Source of the DNA: Bacteroidales bacterium
GTDB lineage: Bacteria; Bacteroidota; Bacteroidia; Bacteroidales; P3
NCBI GenBank assembly: GCA_017480145.1
Contig: JAFVBF010000034.1
Span: 66,817 to 130,816 of the forward strand
Direction: 5' to 3'
DNA length: 64,000 nucleotides
Shown: in pieces, positions 38,701-47,597 of the stretch
Layout: each line of letters begins with the position of its first letter
Numbering within the stretch: the first letter of the stretch is position 1
Program-made: the position numbers and the translations under genes
The notes under the pieces: generated by a model
What the model saw: the letters and a program-made list of their open reading frames with translations, nothing else
Told to the model about the DNA's origin: nothing
Database searches by the model: none

Positions 38701-40534
38701 AACCTGGAATTACACCCGATTTGTCGTTGAAAGTTTGCCCGAAGAGACCACTCAGGGCAAAAGCCGCTCTGGCATACTGCAAGATTCCATCGCACTCCGT
38801 GCGCAAACGGGAGCCGACAGCATTATTCACATGACAGTCTATGTCTTTCCAACCTACCACATCGACCGCTACGACACCATTTGCGACGACTCTTCTATCA
38901 CCTTTTTAGGGCGTACCTATTCCGAAACCACCGTCGAATCTCGAAATATGGCCTCCGTTGACTTATGTGACAGTATCTGGACAATTCACCTACAGTCATA
39001 CAAAGCCTATGACCAAGAATTCTTCGACACCATCTACGAGGATGAATGGTCCTATTTTGGAGGTTATGCCTACAACCATACCGGAGACTACACCTCCAGT
39101 CTTACCACCATACACTACTGTGACAGCATACTCACCCTGCACCTCATCGTCTACCATAAAACCCTTATTGACAGCACTATTTGTCGCAACATGCTCCCCA
39201 TCACCTGGAACGGGATGCAGTTCTCCTCTGCAGGAACAAAAGAACAAACTTTAACAGACATCTACGGATTAGACAGCCTTGTCATCATGACCCTCCACGT
39301 GCAAGATACCTCTTTCGCACGTGAAACCGTGGAACGATGTAATGCCTACACATGGCGAAATGGTAAACGATACACCGAAAGCACCAACTCCGAGTCTATA
39401 CGTCTGACCAATGATATAGGATGCGACAGCGTGATATATCTTTCCCTGAGCATTTTTTATGATCAAAATGTAGTCCAAAAACAACAGAGTTGCGACAACT
39501 ACACATGGATTAACGGACGAACCTACGACACCTCCATTTATGGGCCCACATATTTATTGAAATCCTCACATGGCTGTGACAGTCTTGTAACGCTCGATTT
39601 ACACATTGACTACTCTTTCTATGAAGAATGGTATGACTCAATATGTGAAGGACAGACTTACTATTTCAGAGGCCATGCCCTCACACAAACCAGCACTACC
39701 TACGACTCACTGACCACCCACAAAGGATGCGACAGTATCACTGCCATGTTCCTCACCGTCCTGCCAATCCCCTCCATCAACCTTGACTACACCACCGATT
39801 GCGAAAATGGTACACATACCATTTCTGTCAATACCAGTGTGGCTTACGTCTATTGGTCCACCTTCCCAGCTGACCCGACACTCTCCTCCCAGGCCCACAA
39901 TCAGACCATCACTGTTGCGCCAAAACAAAATACCACATACATTCTCTATGCCGACTACAACGAATACCCCACTTGTCCGGCATCGGACTCGCTCTACCTC
40001 CGAAAGATATATCAGCCCGTGGCAAAACTAATGCTCACACCAGACTATCTGACTTATGATAATATGGAACTGACTGCCATCGATTTGAGTGAGAATGACC
40101 CAGATCGCCAATGGTATGTCAACGATATCTTTGTTGACAACGACAGCAGCATTCTAAAATACAAGGCCGAAGCCGATGACGACACCATACATATCATGCT
40201 GGCTATTGCCAACGGATATTGTACCGACACGGCTTACGCAGCCATCAAACTCTTAAAGCCGAATATTTTTGCCCCTAACGTATTTACACCTGGATTACAA
40301 AACAACAATATTTTCTACGTAATTGGCAATGACATCTATGATTACGAGATTGCCATTTACGACCGCCGCGGCCAAATTCTATTCCATTCCACTGACATCA
40401 GCGAGGGCTGGGACGGAACAAGCAACGGAGAGTTATGCCCTCAGGGCAACTACGTGTATGTCATACGCTACCAAGCTGCCGATGTCCAGAATTCGGTACA
40501 GACATATACTGGGTCTGTCATTCTACTCCGATAG
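35780..40534 (+). CDS. Giant repetitive surface protein with a T9SS type-B C-terminal sorting domain. Paralogue 2.
   Basis: Signal peptide followed by about 23 (G)CDS-terminated modules. The C-terminus is ..VFTPGLQNNNIFYVIGNDIYDYEIAIYDRRGQILFHSTDISEGWDGTSNGELCPQGNYVYVIRYQ...GSVILLR. The last ~450 aa are colinear with paralogue 1. Confidence 0.85.
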   Translation: MSMFKKYITGSIRFLTMAFLFAIPSLCAAQDNDFILDSTYTSNGITHYIIHGCNRVRINGSNYSQTGEVTIGTDVYNYTIYKGSRNTDRPEIQCDRYSWDATGETYTTDTNVTTTLRDIYGCDSIVTLQLTFKYSSEYYINDASCDTYQWHDSIYTESQDPAIFDTTNAVGCDSIVKLYLTIYKSDTTRILIDTCESYVWNGVTYTESTDIQHSLLTINECDSIVIFSLNIHHNDTIDVTEVIRENLLPYTYHGATFTEMRDTAGLIFNIKSISNCDSTINYSIHFLANVRTEIDTIVCQNLLESGFRWNAKTFFSTGIDSINLGRTATGSDSYGQYADSIVVMTVSAMPSYHFDENKEICEGESYTFRNNTYTTQGIYPTEYRTTQNCDSNYVLYLTVHPTYNIPIAQSICSNAPVSFCSYNYSEAGTYTCTMTSIHGCDSTITLSLSVADTTIGEVYDTILENDLPWTYRDITFDTFSQDIQHRFLLDSGNVNGCDSIIRYHLIIYQNVYDTIDSTICSSNFPILWNTLTFAADESHTLTLTNHLGADSILTMRTHAMPNPSQTYNDTIVENQLPITFYGTTFYDAVSEQCFSRPAIGPCDSIIIYNLHVLENTLTRIDTTVCEGTLPITWRGHDFAEVGWTYDTLNGTDGTDSILAYFLTTSPHYNDTFSNSICSNQTISFGNKTYDTAGTFTYQTLSQFGCDSTATMILTVNPVSNTTEYDTIIENQLYERHGTLNNYFYCYYHNGQCFNDSVSHSEVTILGGNQYQCDSIIDYSLYVYWNHDTTLYDTLCGNELPYIWMGKTFSASNTYGTLQQDIDTLTVHGADSIIHLSLTVHNNYLIEDNEVVCEPLSTTPYQWYDTLIQESKSLDTFYLPRKSVYGCDSLHTLYLTTATHTFDTIFDTIVENQTKGVFCYQFNGHPFCDTSTITDSTIIIPNHAGCDSNISYNLFVHKNTYTYDTTVICADQLPLTWNYTRFVVESLPEETTQGKSRSGILQDSIALRAQTGADSIIHMTVYVFPTYHIDRYDTICDDSSITFLGRTYSETTVESRNMASVDLCDSIWTIHLQSYKAYDQEFFDTIYEDEWSYFGGYAYNHTGDYTSSLTTIHYCDSILTLHLIVYHKTLIDSTICRNMLPITWNGMQFSSAGTKEQTLTDIYGLDSLVIMTLHVQDTSFARETVERCNAYTWRNGKRYTESTNSESIRLTNDIGCDSVIYLSLSIFYDQNVVQKQQSCDNYTWINGRTYDTSIYGPTYLLKSSHGCDSLVTLDLHIDYSFYEEWYDSICEGQTYYFRGHALTQTSTTYDSLTTHKGCDSITAMFLTVLPIPSINLDYTTDCENGTHTISVNTSVAYVYWSTFPADPTLSSQAHNQTITVAPKQNTTYILYADYNEYPTCPASDSLYLRKIYQPVAKLMLTPDYLTYDNMELTAIDLSENDPDRQWYVNDIFVDNDSSILKYKAEADDDTIHIMLAIANGYCTDTAYAAIKLLKPNIFAPNVFTPGLQNNNIFYVIGNDIYDYEIAIYDRRGQILFHSTDISEGWDGTSNGELCPQGNYVYVIRYQAADVQNSVQTYTGSVILLR

Positions 40535-40611
40535 TATCTTGCCCCTACATTGTCAAATCAAGGATAGGGCATTTTTTACATTTCGTCACCAATTATTTAA
40601 AACATAAACAA

Positions 40612-41364
40612 ATGAAAAGAAAATCTTTAGCAATTGCCCTATTATTCCTATCAGCGGCATCCCTAATGGCCCAGACCATTACTGAAACAACCCTGAAAAT
40701 AAACAAGAATATATATACTGCATATTCTATAAATCTTTCACAAGACAATTCCGATGCAACCAGTTTGGTCAAAAAATGGCTCAAACAGTCAAACCTGTCC
40801 ACCTCTAATAAGCAAGGCTGCATCGCCACCTTAGGGCAGGTACATCCCGACATCTCATCCCTGCCCGTGGACATGTATGCCAAAATAGAAAAAAATGACA
40901 AAGGAGCAGGCAGTATTGTTACCATTACCGCCATTGAGGATGGTGAAAAAGTAACCGATGCCGAAGGCATTAAAAGGGCTTTAAACAGATTCTCAAAATA
41001 TGTTGCTGCCAATGAAATTTCAAAGAGTGAGAAAGAGCTGAAAAAAGCTCAAAAAACACTCTCCTCAGCTCAAAGTGATGTTACCAGCATAGAGAAAACC
41101 ATCACCTCAAAGCAAGACAAAATAGCCGACAAACAGAAAGACATAGAAAAATATAAAGAAAAAATAAACTCCAAACAGAAAGAAATCGAAGACCTAAAAG
41201 AGAAAATCAAAAATACCACCAACAACATCAGCGAGATAGAAGCCGACATCAAGAAGCAAAATAGCAAGAAAGAAGAAGCTCTGCAAAAAGCAACCGCAGC
41301 TGAAAAAAACGTTCAGGCTGCCGAAGCCGAACTAAAGAAATACCAAACCATTCTGGCACAATAG
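40612..41364 (+). CDS. Secreted protein with a small N-terminal domain and a Lys/Glu-rich coiled-coil C-terminal half
   Basis: The start is trimmed to MKRKSLAIALLFLSAASLMAQ (signal peptide), because the ORF from 40435 overlaps the upstream gene. The C-terminal ~120 aa are heptad-like (KELKKAQKTLSSAQSDVTSIEKTITSKQDKIADKQKDIEKYKEKINSKQKEIEDLKEKIK...). Confidence 0.7.
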   Translation: MKRKSLAIALLFLSAASLMAQTITETTLKINKNIYTAYSINLSQDNSDATSLVKKWLKQSNLSTSNKQGCIATLGQVHPDISSLPVDMYAKIEKNDKGAGSIVTITAIEDGEKVTDAEGIKRALNRFSKYVAANEISKSEKELKKAQKTLSSAQSDVTSIEKTITSKQDKIADKQKDIEKYKEKINSKQKEIEDLKEKIKNTTNNISEIEADIKKQNSKKEEALQKATAAEKNVQAAEAELKKYQTILAQ

Positions 41365-41423
41365 CCTCATATTGACCGACAATAACCATCAATATTACGA
41401 CAATCTGAATTAACAGAGTTAAT

Positions 41424-41464
41424 AGAATCAGGGGCAGGAATCGATGATTCCTGCCCCTGATTCT
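41424..41464. terminator. Perfect 19-bp hairpin (3-nt loop) downstream of the coiled-coil gene, without a U-tract
   Basis: AGAATCAGGGGCAGGAATC-GAT-GATTCCTGCCCCTGATTCT. Confidence 0.5.
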
Positions 41465-42104
41465 ACTACAAAGAAATGCAAAGAAAAGCATCTGCTAATC
41501 CGTCCATCACCATCCTATTACGGCCAGCACATACGATATATATATCCCGCCAAAACTGAATATTCCCTATTATTCATGTTCACTAAACCTTGCTGTTACC
41601 AATAAAACAGGTCTGATACTGTCGCAGGCATCCGTCCTGTTTTGGTTACTTTCGCAGGGACCCTCACACACAACAGCAACCATGACCAAAAGTACAGCCG
41701 ACGTGACAGTACGGAGGAATGGGCGGAAAGGCTGATAATCATTGATTCCATAACAATAGTGCTGCTCTACAAAATCATCTTCAAGGGTGCAGGTCGTCAT
41801 CCTATGACAAGAAAGAAGAACGGCGGCATCAAAGTTTATTCAATCGTTCTGGCTAACGCAGGTTATTCATGGCGGTATCAGAGTTACCTTGACTGCCACC
41901 AACAACTCTTTAAGGATTGCTCCCAGACATTTTCTGCATGACGGGATTCCAGCACTTGCCGTGCATATATCAGAACCAGACAATCTGAGAAAGCTAAAAC
42001 AGAACTTTTTTTATCCTTTGATTATCCGTAGTTCACTGTGTCTCCATGCCAAGCCCTGTAGTATTTCATACTCAAGCATACACTCTGGCTTCGCGATGTC
42101 TTAA

Positions 42105-42542
42105 TCAAACATCCTCGACAAAAGAATCCTTCAACTCCTGTAGTTGCTGACGAGCCTCCCTTAGCCTACCAACCGCAGCCGTATGTTGAAGTTGCAACTT
42201 AGTCAAATCGTCTTTCACCTGCTGCAATTCGAGATCAGGGAAAAGCGTTGTAGCAGCCGTCTGATTCTGCAAGACGTCCTCACTTACCATATCCTCCGAT
42301 ACCACGTCTGTCTTTCTGCGACGCTTCAACTGCTCACGAGCGCCATCAAGCGTGTATCCGCATTCCTTAGTCAAGTGATAAATACGCTTCACCAACTCTA
42401 TATCCTTTTCGGTATAGGTACGCGAGCCATGACTATTCTTCGATGGCCTAAGCTGCGGAAATTCCGTCTCCCAAAAACGCAACAAAGAGGTGTTAACTTT
42501 CAACATCTCGGCAACCTCGCCTATGGTATAATACAATTTCAT
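42105..42542 (-). CDS. MerR-family HTH transcriptional regulator with a coiled-coil C-terminus
   Basis: MKLYYTIGEVAEMLKVNTSLLRFWETEFPQLRPSKNSHGSRTYTEKDIELVKRIYHL. 145 aa. Confidence 0.8.
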   Translation of the reverse strand: MKLYYTIGEVAEMLKVNTSLLRFWETEFPQLRPSKNSHGSRTYTEKDIELVKRIYHLTKECGYTLDGAREQLKRRRKTDVVSEDMVSEDVLQNQTAATTLFPDLELQQVKDDLTKLQLQHTAAVGRLREARQQLQELKDSFVEDV

Positions 42543-42603
42543 ATAACCAGTATTCTTTCGTTCGATAAACTATATGCTCACTTCATGCAGCACTTTCAAA
42601 TTC

Positions 42604-45342
42604 CTAATATAGATAATAGCCCTGATTGTCCAAATATGAATGTTTCTTCTCATACTTTACATCACGCATGGACGAGGCCTTGATGTTAATGATGAAATTC
42701 CAGCTTTTGTAGTATCCAAAAGGCACCCAGTTAAGCCGCATCTCCCAGCAGTGCAAATCGCGGTAAATATCCACAGATGTGTACGACATACCTTTGTTGG
42801 CAAAATCATACCCCGTGGAGACTGCAAAACGCCAGTTATTGGTCAAGGACATATTGCCCGACACACTCAGCGTCTGGGTCTTATTGGTGGTATAGTTATA
42901 TGTGCTGGCCACATAAGAATTGACAAAGGTAAAGGAATAACTGACCGAGAGGTTCCATGGCACGCTGAAATCCACATAAGACCCCATCAGCAACGAAGGA
43001 TTATAGGTGTATGGCGACAAAAATATAGGATACAACATCTCTCCCTGTGGCTTCTGCGTCTGTCCCTCACTCTTTTTAAAAGTATTATTGTTAAAGGAAT
43101 AGGACAATTGGGCACTATAGTTGCTGCTCTGCCGACGGAACAACCGACGACTCTCATCCCATAGGAAACGATTGAACTTGCGTCCGCTTGCGTCAATGAC
43201 ATAGGGAGAAAACGAAGCACTGTAGTTAAGCACAAGACTCTTAAACAGCGTAGTACGACCCGTCACAGAAAGATCCGACCAGTTCAGCGAATCCTTAGCC
43301 ATATCATAATACCCTGAAACAGTAAGGCTTTCCAGCAACGTAATCTTGGTGGGCGTCGCCGTGCTATCCTTCAACGAACGAACCTTCATCTCCAGATTAT
43401 TGCCAATGGAAACCCGCAATTGGCCACTTTTACCATCCGCAGGCCCTCCATACAGACTATTTTGAAAAATCGAATATCGATAAGAATAACCCGTGGCATC
43501 CGTATAGGACTTCCAATAGCCAAACTTGCCTCCAAAATCCGGGTGGTAGGTGAAACTCAGCGAGGGATTGATAACGTGGCGGAGGCCCGTCACCCACCCT
43601 TTTTTGAAATTGAAAATACCATAAACACGAGTGGACAACGAACTCGAAAAACTGGCATCATGATTTGGCTTAAATCCATTCACGGTATCCGTCACCAGCA
43701 ATGCCGCAGCAGTATCGTACGATTTCTCTATGGTGCGCCAGTGCCATCGTTCCGTAAGCGATACCGAATTGGTCCAGTTGAAATACTTCAGCACTTTCAA
43801 CGTGCTTGAGATAGGAACCGAGTGCTGCACCCCATAACTCATATTATCAAAAAAAACAGGTGTAAACAGCTCCGTATCTTGCGACGATACATTGTTTTCC
43901 GCCGATAAGGCATAAGTCAACGAGATATTCTCATACCATCGGTAGCCACCCGAAGGTGATTTTCGACGGAATGGGTAGAATGTCGTCGAATTGAGTGACA
44001 CTGACGGCAGTTTGATATTCATCAGCCCCGTTTGCGCGTTGAATGACTCCCGAGCAGCTGCCGACAGGTTAAAATAAGAACCCAATTGGGCGGTGTATGA
44101 AATACTGGAAGTCGTAGTAGAGGTGAAGTAATCACTGCGGCTGGTAGTATTACGATTATAGTTTCGGCTTTGCAGATTGACATCAGCCGAGAACCGGCTG
44201 TATGGATTAGCCTTGCTATCCTGCTGATGCTTCCAATTGAACTTAAAATCATTGTAGTTGTTATACGTATTGGGGTCTCCTTTTAAACCCTCAATAGTAT
44301 TACCATAACGGATGTCAAACGACCCCTTATATCGATAACGCTTATAGTAATTTGACTTAGCATTAAGCTGCCAACTGAGATTCGTATAAATGTCAGCCAG
44401 CAAGGTCAAATCCAGATAGTCATTCACCGCCCAGTAATAGCCCCCATTGTTGAGATAGTAGCCACGACTGTTCATCCAGCCGTAGGAAGGAATAATAATA
44501 CCCGATGAGCGACCATGCGTCAGCGGATAAAATGCGAATGGAATGGCCAATGGCGTTGGCACATCCTCCACACTGAGGTAAGCTGGCCCCGAAACCATTT
44601 TATCCCCTACAATCATCTTCGATTCTGAAAAATTGAGCGCAAAATGGGGATGAGCATAATTGCAGGTAGTGTACTTGCCACTACTGAGAAACATCACCGA
44701 GTCATTCATCTTCTTCACCTTATTGCCATGCAAATACCCGTCGCCCTCCTGCGTAATGACTGATGAGATGATACCCTTCTTAGTGCTATAATTAAACCGA
44801 ATGGTATCTGCCAGATACTCATCCTGACTTTGCTTAAACAACGGCCGACCCGAAACCTGCCCGCCACTATCTGTAACGCTATATGCTTGCATCATCTGCC
44901 GGTTGAAGTCAACCGAGACAGCATCAGCCTCAAGACTCATATCCTGATAACTCACCGCCCCCCGATTATAGAGAAATGCCTGCCGCTCGGCTATATTCAA
45001 CGCAATAGAGTCTGCTGCCTGGTAATGCACCACAGAGGTTATCGCATTACGCGACTCAGGCATTCTTGGCACCGAGTCAGACAACACCCCATCACCCACC
45101 ACGCCAGCATCAAATCCATTTTGGGGCACTCGAAGACCCTTGTCCAAAACACCTCTCCGATGCTGCGACAAACTGTCCACCCTACTCGACTGGCGAACAT
45201 CCCGCCCCGCAGCCGAATCCGTAGGCAACGGCTGCGCAACAACACACTTGCCCACAAGCATAAGGAGCATGAGCATGAAAGTAGCGCTATGGGGGAGTCT
45301 GTTCAGCGTGCCGAGGAGAAGATGCTTTAGCTGTCTTTTCAA
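42604..45342 (-). CDS. lptD: Putative LPS-assembly outer-membrane protein LptD (OstA-like, long Bacteroidetes form)
   Basis: Signal sequence. OstA-like N-terminal text VVHYQAADSIALNIAERQAFLYNRGAVSYQDMSLEADAVSVDF. Large beta-barrel of 912 aa, rich in Y/N/S/F. Confidence 0.6.
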   Translation of the reverse strand: MKRQLKHLLLGTLNRLPHSATFMLMLLMLVGKCVVAQPLPTDSAAGRDVRQSSRVDSLSQHRRGVLDKGLRVPQNGFDAGVVGDGVLSDSVPRMPESRNAITSVVHYQAADSIALNIAERQAFLYNRGAVSYQDMSLEADAVSVDFNRQMMQAYSVTDSGGQVSGRPLFKQSQDEYLADTIRFNYSTKKGIISSVITQEGDGYLHGNKVKKMNDSVMFLSSGKYTTCNYAHPHFALNFSESKMIVGDKMVSGPAYLSVEDVPTPLAIPFAFYPLTHGRSSGIIIPSYGWMNSRGYYLNNGGYYWAVNDYLDLTLLADIYTNLSWQLNAKSNYYKRYRYKGSFDIRYGNTIEGLKGDPNTYNNYNDFKFNWKHQQDSKANPYSRFSADVNLQSRNYNRNTTSRSDYFTSTTTSSISYTAQLGSYFNLSAAARESFNAQTGLMNIKLPSVSLNSTTFYPFRRKSPSGGYRWYENISLTYALSAENNVSSQDTELFTPVFFDNMSYGVQHSVPISSTLKVLKYFNWTNSVSLTERWHWRTIEKSYDTAAALLVTDTVNGFKPNHDASFSSSLSTRVYGIFNFKKGWVTGLRHVINPSLSFTYHPDFGGKFGYWKSYTDATGYSYRYSIFQNSLYGGPADGKSGQLRVSIGNNLEMKVRSLKDSTATPTKITLLESLTVSGYYDMAKDSLNWSDLSVTGRTTLFKSLVLNYSASFSPYVIDASGRKFNRFLWDESRRLFRRQSSNYSAQLSYSFNNNTFKKSEGQTQKPQGEMLYPIFLSPYTYNPSLLMGSYVDFSVPWNLSVSYSFTFVNSYVASTYNYTTNKTQTLSVSGNMSLTNNWRFAVSTGYDFANKGMSYTSVDIYRDLHCWEMRLNWVPFGYYKSWNFIINIKASSMRDVKYEKKHSYLDNQGYYLY

Positions 45343-45388
45343 AATAACCGTATAGGACTGATTATTTTAAATAATAAATTAAAATCTG

Positions 45389-45418
45389 TATCTTTGCATT
45401 TTGGAAATTGCAAAGATA
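45389..45418. promoter_or_regulatory. Inverted repeat TATCTTTGCA-N10-TGCAAAGATA, formed by two -7 boxes for the divergent lptD-like and amidase genes
   Basis: The plus strand reads TATCTTTG at 45389-45396. The minus strand reads TATCTTTG at 45418-45411. The arms are a perfect 10 bp. Confidence 0.5.
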
Positions 45419-45463
45419 GAATTATTTACTCAAATAGGGAAAGAAAAAACACTCGTACTGAGA

Positions 45464-46888
45464 ATGAAACGTTTATTGTTCTTGTCGTTAGCCGTTCTTT
45501 TGACATGTCTGCCTGCCTATGCCCAGAAAAGAGAGCCTGGCAAAGTGAAAACGCTGGTGATAGACCCTGGCCACGGAGGCATCAAGCCGGGAGCCATTAG
45601 CAAAGACTTACAGGAAAAAGAACTCACCTTGGCTGTGGCATTACGGTTCGGAAGCCTCGTAGAAAAACACATGCCCGATGTCAAAGTCATCTACACACGC
45701 AAGACCGACGTAGACATCACCCTTGCCGAACGAGCCAATATCGCCAATCGCAACAAAGCCGACCTATTCATCTCCATACATGCCAACTCCCACCCAAAGA
45801 GCGAACCCAGCGGTGTCGAAACCTTTGTCATGGGTCTATCCCAGAGCAAAGCCAATCTTGAGGTAGCGAAAAAAGAAAACGCAGACATACTGCTCGAATC
45901 AGACTATGCCACCAACAACGCCTACCAAGGATTCGACCCAAATTCGCCCGAAAGCTACGTCATGTTTGCCATGTACCAAAGTGCCTATCTATCCAAAAGC
46001 TTAGACTTTGCAAACTACATCCAATCCCAGTACAAAAGCAGCCTACGCTCCATTAATCGTGGGGTCAAGCAGGCCGAACTTTTCGTCATCTACAAAACCG
46101 CCATGCCAGCCGTCCTGACGGAGATTGGCTTCGTGAGCAATCCAGAGGAACGCGCCTTCCTGCTGAGCGACGCTGGACGCGAAAAAATCGCCGTATGTCT
46201 CTACAACGCATTTGCCTCCTACAAAGCCCATGAAGAAGGCACCCAGCCCAAACTTATATCCTCATTTAATGCACCCGTAGCGGACACTGACATCACCGCC
46301 ACCAAAACATCTGACAAAGTCAGCGAGTCAGAAAAAGCCAAACAGAAAGCCGAAGAGGAAGCCAGAGCATTGGCTGCACAGAAAGAAGCAGAAGAACATG
46401 CCATGGCCGAAGCCGCACAAAAAAAAGAAGCCGAGGAACAAGCAGCCCTAAAGGCCAAAGAAGAGGAAGCCGCCAAAGAGGCTGAAGCCAAAGCCCTTGC
46501 CGCCAAAGAAGCCGCTGAAGCCGAAGCAAAAGAACGAGCAAAAGAACAAGAGCGGCAAGCCGATGAGGCCAACAGACAAGCCCAGGCCGCCGCACAAATG
46601 GCCGCCGCCAATCCACATAATGTATCCTACAGGATCCAATTCCTTCGCAGCGACCAGATGCTCAAAGCTGGTGACAAACAATTGAAAGGCCTGGACAATT
46701 TCACCTATTACAAGCAAGATGGCATATACTGCTATATGTGGGGAAGCACCACATCTCTCGAAGCCGCAAAGGTGCTCCAGTCCGACGTACGCAACAAAGG
46801 CTTCCGCGATGCCTTCGTAGTGGCTTTTGCCAACGGCGAACGCGTAAGCCTGCAAAAAGCCAAACAACTGCTGTTAGAGGGAGAATAA
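45464..46888 (+). CDS. N-acetylmuramoyl-L-alanine amidase (Amidase_3) with an Ala/Glu/Lys-rich linker and a C-terminal SPOR domain
   Basis: The start is trimmed to MKRLLFLSLAVLL (signal peptide). VIDPGHGG...SIHANS...E amidase_3 motifs. Roughly 100-aa AEK low-complexity linker. SPOR-like YRIQFLRSDQ...GFRDAFVVAF. Confidence 0.85.
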   Translation: MKRLLFLSLAVLLTCLPAYAQKREPGKVKTLVIDPGHGGIKPGAISKDLQEKELTLAVALRFGSLVEKHMPDVKVIYTRKTDVDITLAERANIANRNKADLFISIHANSHPKSEPSGVETFVMGLSQSKANLEVAKKENADILLESDYATNNAYQGFDPNSPESYVMFAMYQSAYLSKSLDFANYIQSQYKSSLRSINRGVKQAELFVIYKTAMPAVLTEIGFVSNPEERAFLLSDAGREKIAVCLYNAFASYKAHEEGTQPKLISSFNAPVADTDITATKTSDKVSESEKAKQKAEEEARALAAQKEAEEHAMAEAAQKKEAEEQAALKAKEEEAAKEAEAKALAAKEAAEAEAKERAKEQERQADEANRQAQAAAQMAAANPHNVSYRIQFLRSDQMLKAGDKQLKGLDNFTYYKQDGIYCYMWGSTTSLEAAKVLQSDVRNKGFRDAFVVAFANGERVSLQKAKQLLLEGE

Positions 46889-46893
46889 CCACC

Positions 46894-47586
46894 ATGATAG
46901 AAATCAGCCATATCTCAAAACTTTACGGCAAGCAGCGAGCCTTGAACGATGTATCCTTCTCCATCAAGGAAGGCGAGATTGTTGGGCTGCTGGGGCCCAA
47001 CGGGGCTGGCAAATCAACCCTAATGAAAATCATCACCTGCTACATCCCTCCCACCGAAGGCGATGCGACAGTATGTGGCCACGACATCTACGACGACCCC
47101 ATGGCTGTTCGGCAATGCATAGGATATCTGCCCGAACACAATCCGCTATATCTCGAAATGTATGTTCGGGAATTTCTGCGTTTCTCAGCAGGCATCTATG
47201 GCCTGAAAGACGCACGCGACCGAGCAGAAGAGATAATCAAACACGTCGGACTAACGCCAGAGGCTAACAAGAAAATCGGTCAATTGTCCAAAGGCTATCG
47301 CCAGCGTGTCGGGCTGGCACATGCCTTGATACATAACCCGAAAGTACTCATTCTGGATGAACCGACCACAGGCCTTGACCCCAATCAGCTTGAGGAAATC
47401 CGCCACCTGATTCGAACCGTTGGGCAACACAAAGTCGTGCTGCTTTCCACACATATCATGCAGGAGGTAGAAGCCATGTGCAGCCGCGCCATCATCATCA
47501 ATCAGGGCTGCATAGTCTCCGATGACTCCATGGAAAACATCTCCTCGCAGGAACTCACCTCTAAATTCCATAAACTGACCCAATAA
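46894..47586 (+). CDS. ABC transporter ATP-binding protein with no adjacent permease gene
   Basis: The start is trimmed to [12 protein letters not shown]. Walker [10 protein letters not shown], signature LSKGYRQRV, Walker B LILDEPT, H-loop STHIM. 230 aa. Confidence 0.85.
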   Translation: MIEISHISKLYGKQRALNDVSFSIKEGEIVGLLGPNGAGKSTLMKIITCYIPPTEGDATVCGHDIYDDPMAVRQCIGYLPEHNPLYLEMYVREFLRFSAGIYGLKDARDRAEEIIKHVGLTPEANKKIGQLSKGYRQRVGLAHALIHNPKVLILDEPTTGLDPNQLEEIRHLIRTVGQHKVVLLSTHIMQEVEAMCSRAIIINQGCIVSDDSMENISSQELTSKFHKLTQ

Positions 47587-47597
47587 ATACATTCATA

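Noticed and set aside
40435-40611. Long upstream extensions of several ORF-track entries (40435, 46738, 21523, 53021, 27859, 45401, 48514, 32094, 8702)
   Set aside because: The extensions overlap the preceding gene or terminator or run through promoter boxes. In each case an internal ATG immediately precedes a clean signal peptide or the conserved N-terminus.
41570-41941. ORFs 41570..41800(-) and 41642..41941(+) as genes
   Set aside because: They overlap each other on opposite strands. Neither has a signal peptide, a recognisable motif or a promoter box, and their amino-acid composition is unremarkable. They are treated as non-coding pending evidence.
46219-46867. Minus-strand ORFs rich in Ala/Ser/Leu (46219..46611, 46320..46616, 46448..46867)
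   Set aside because: These are antisense artefacts of the GAA/GCC-rich Ala/Glu/Lys linker of the amidase/SPOR gene.
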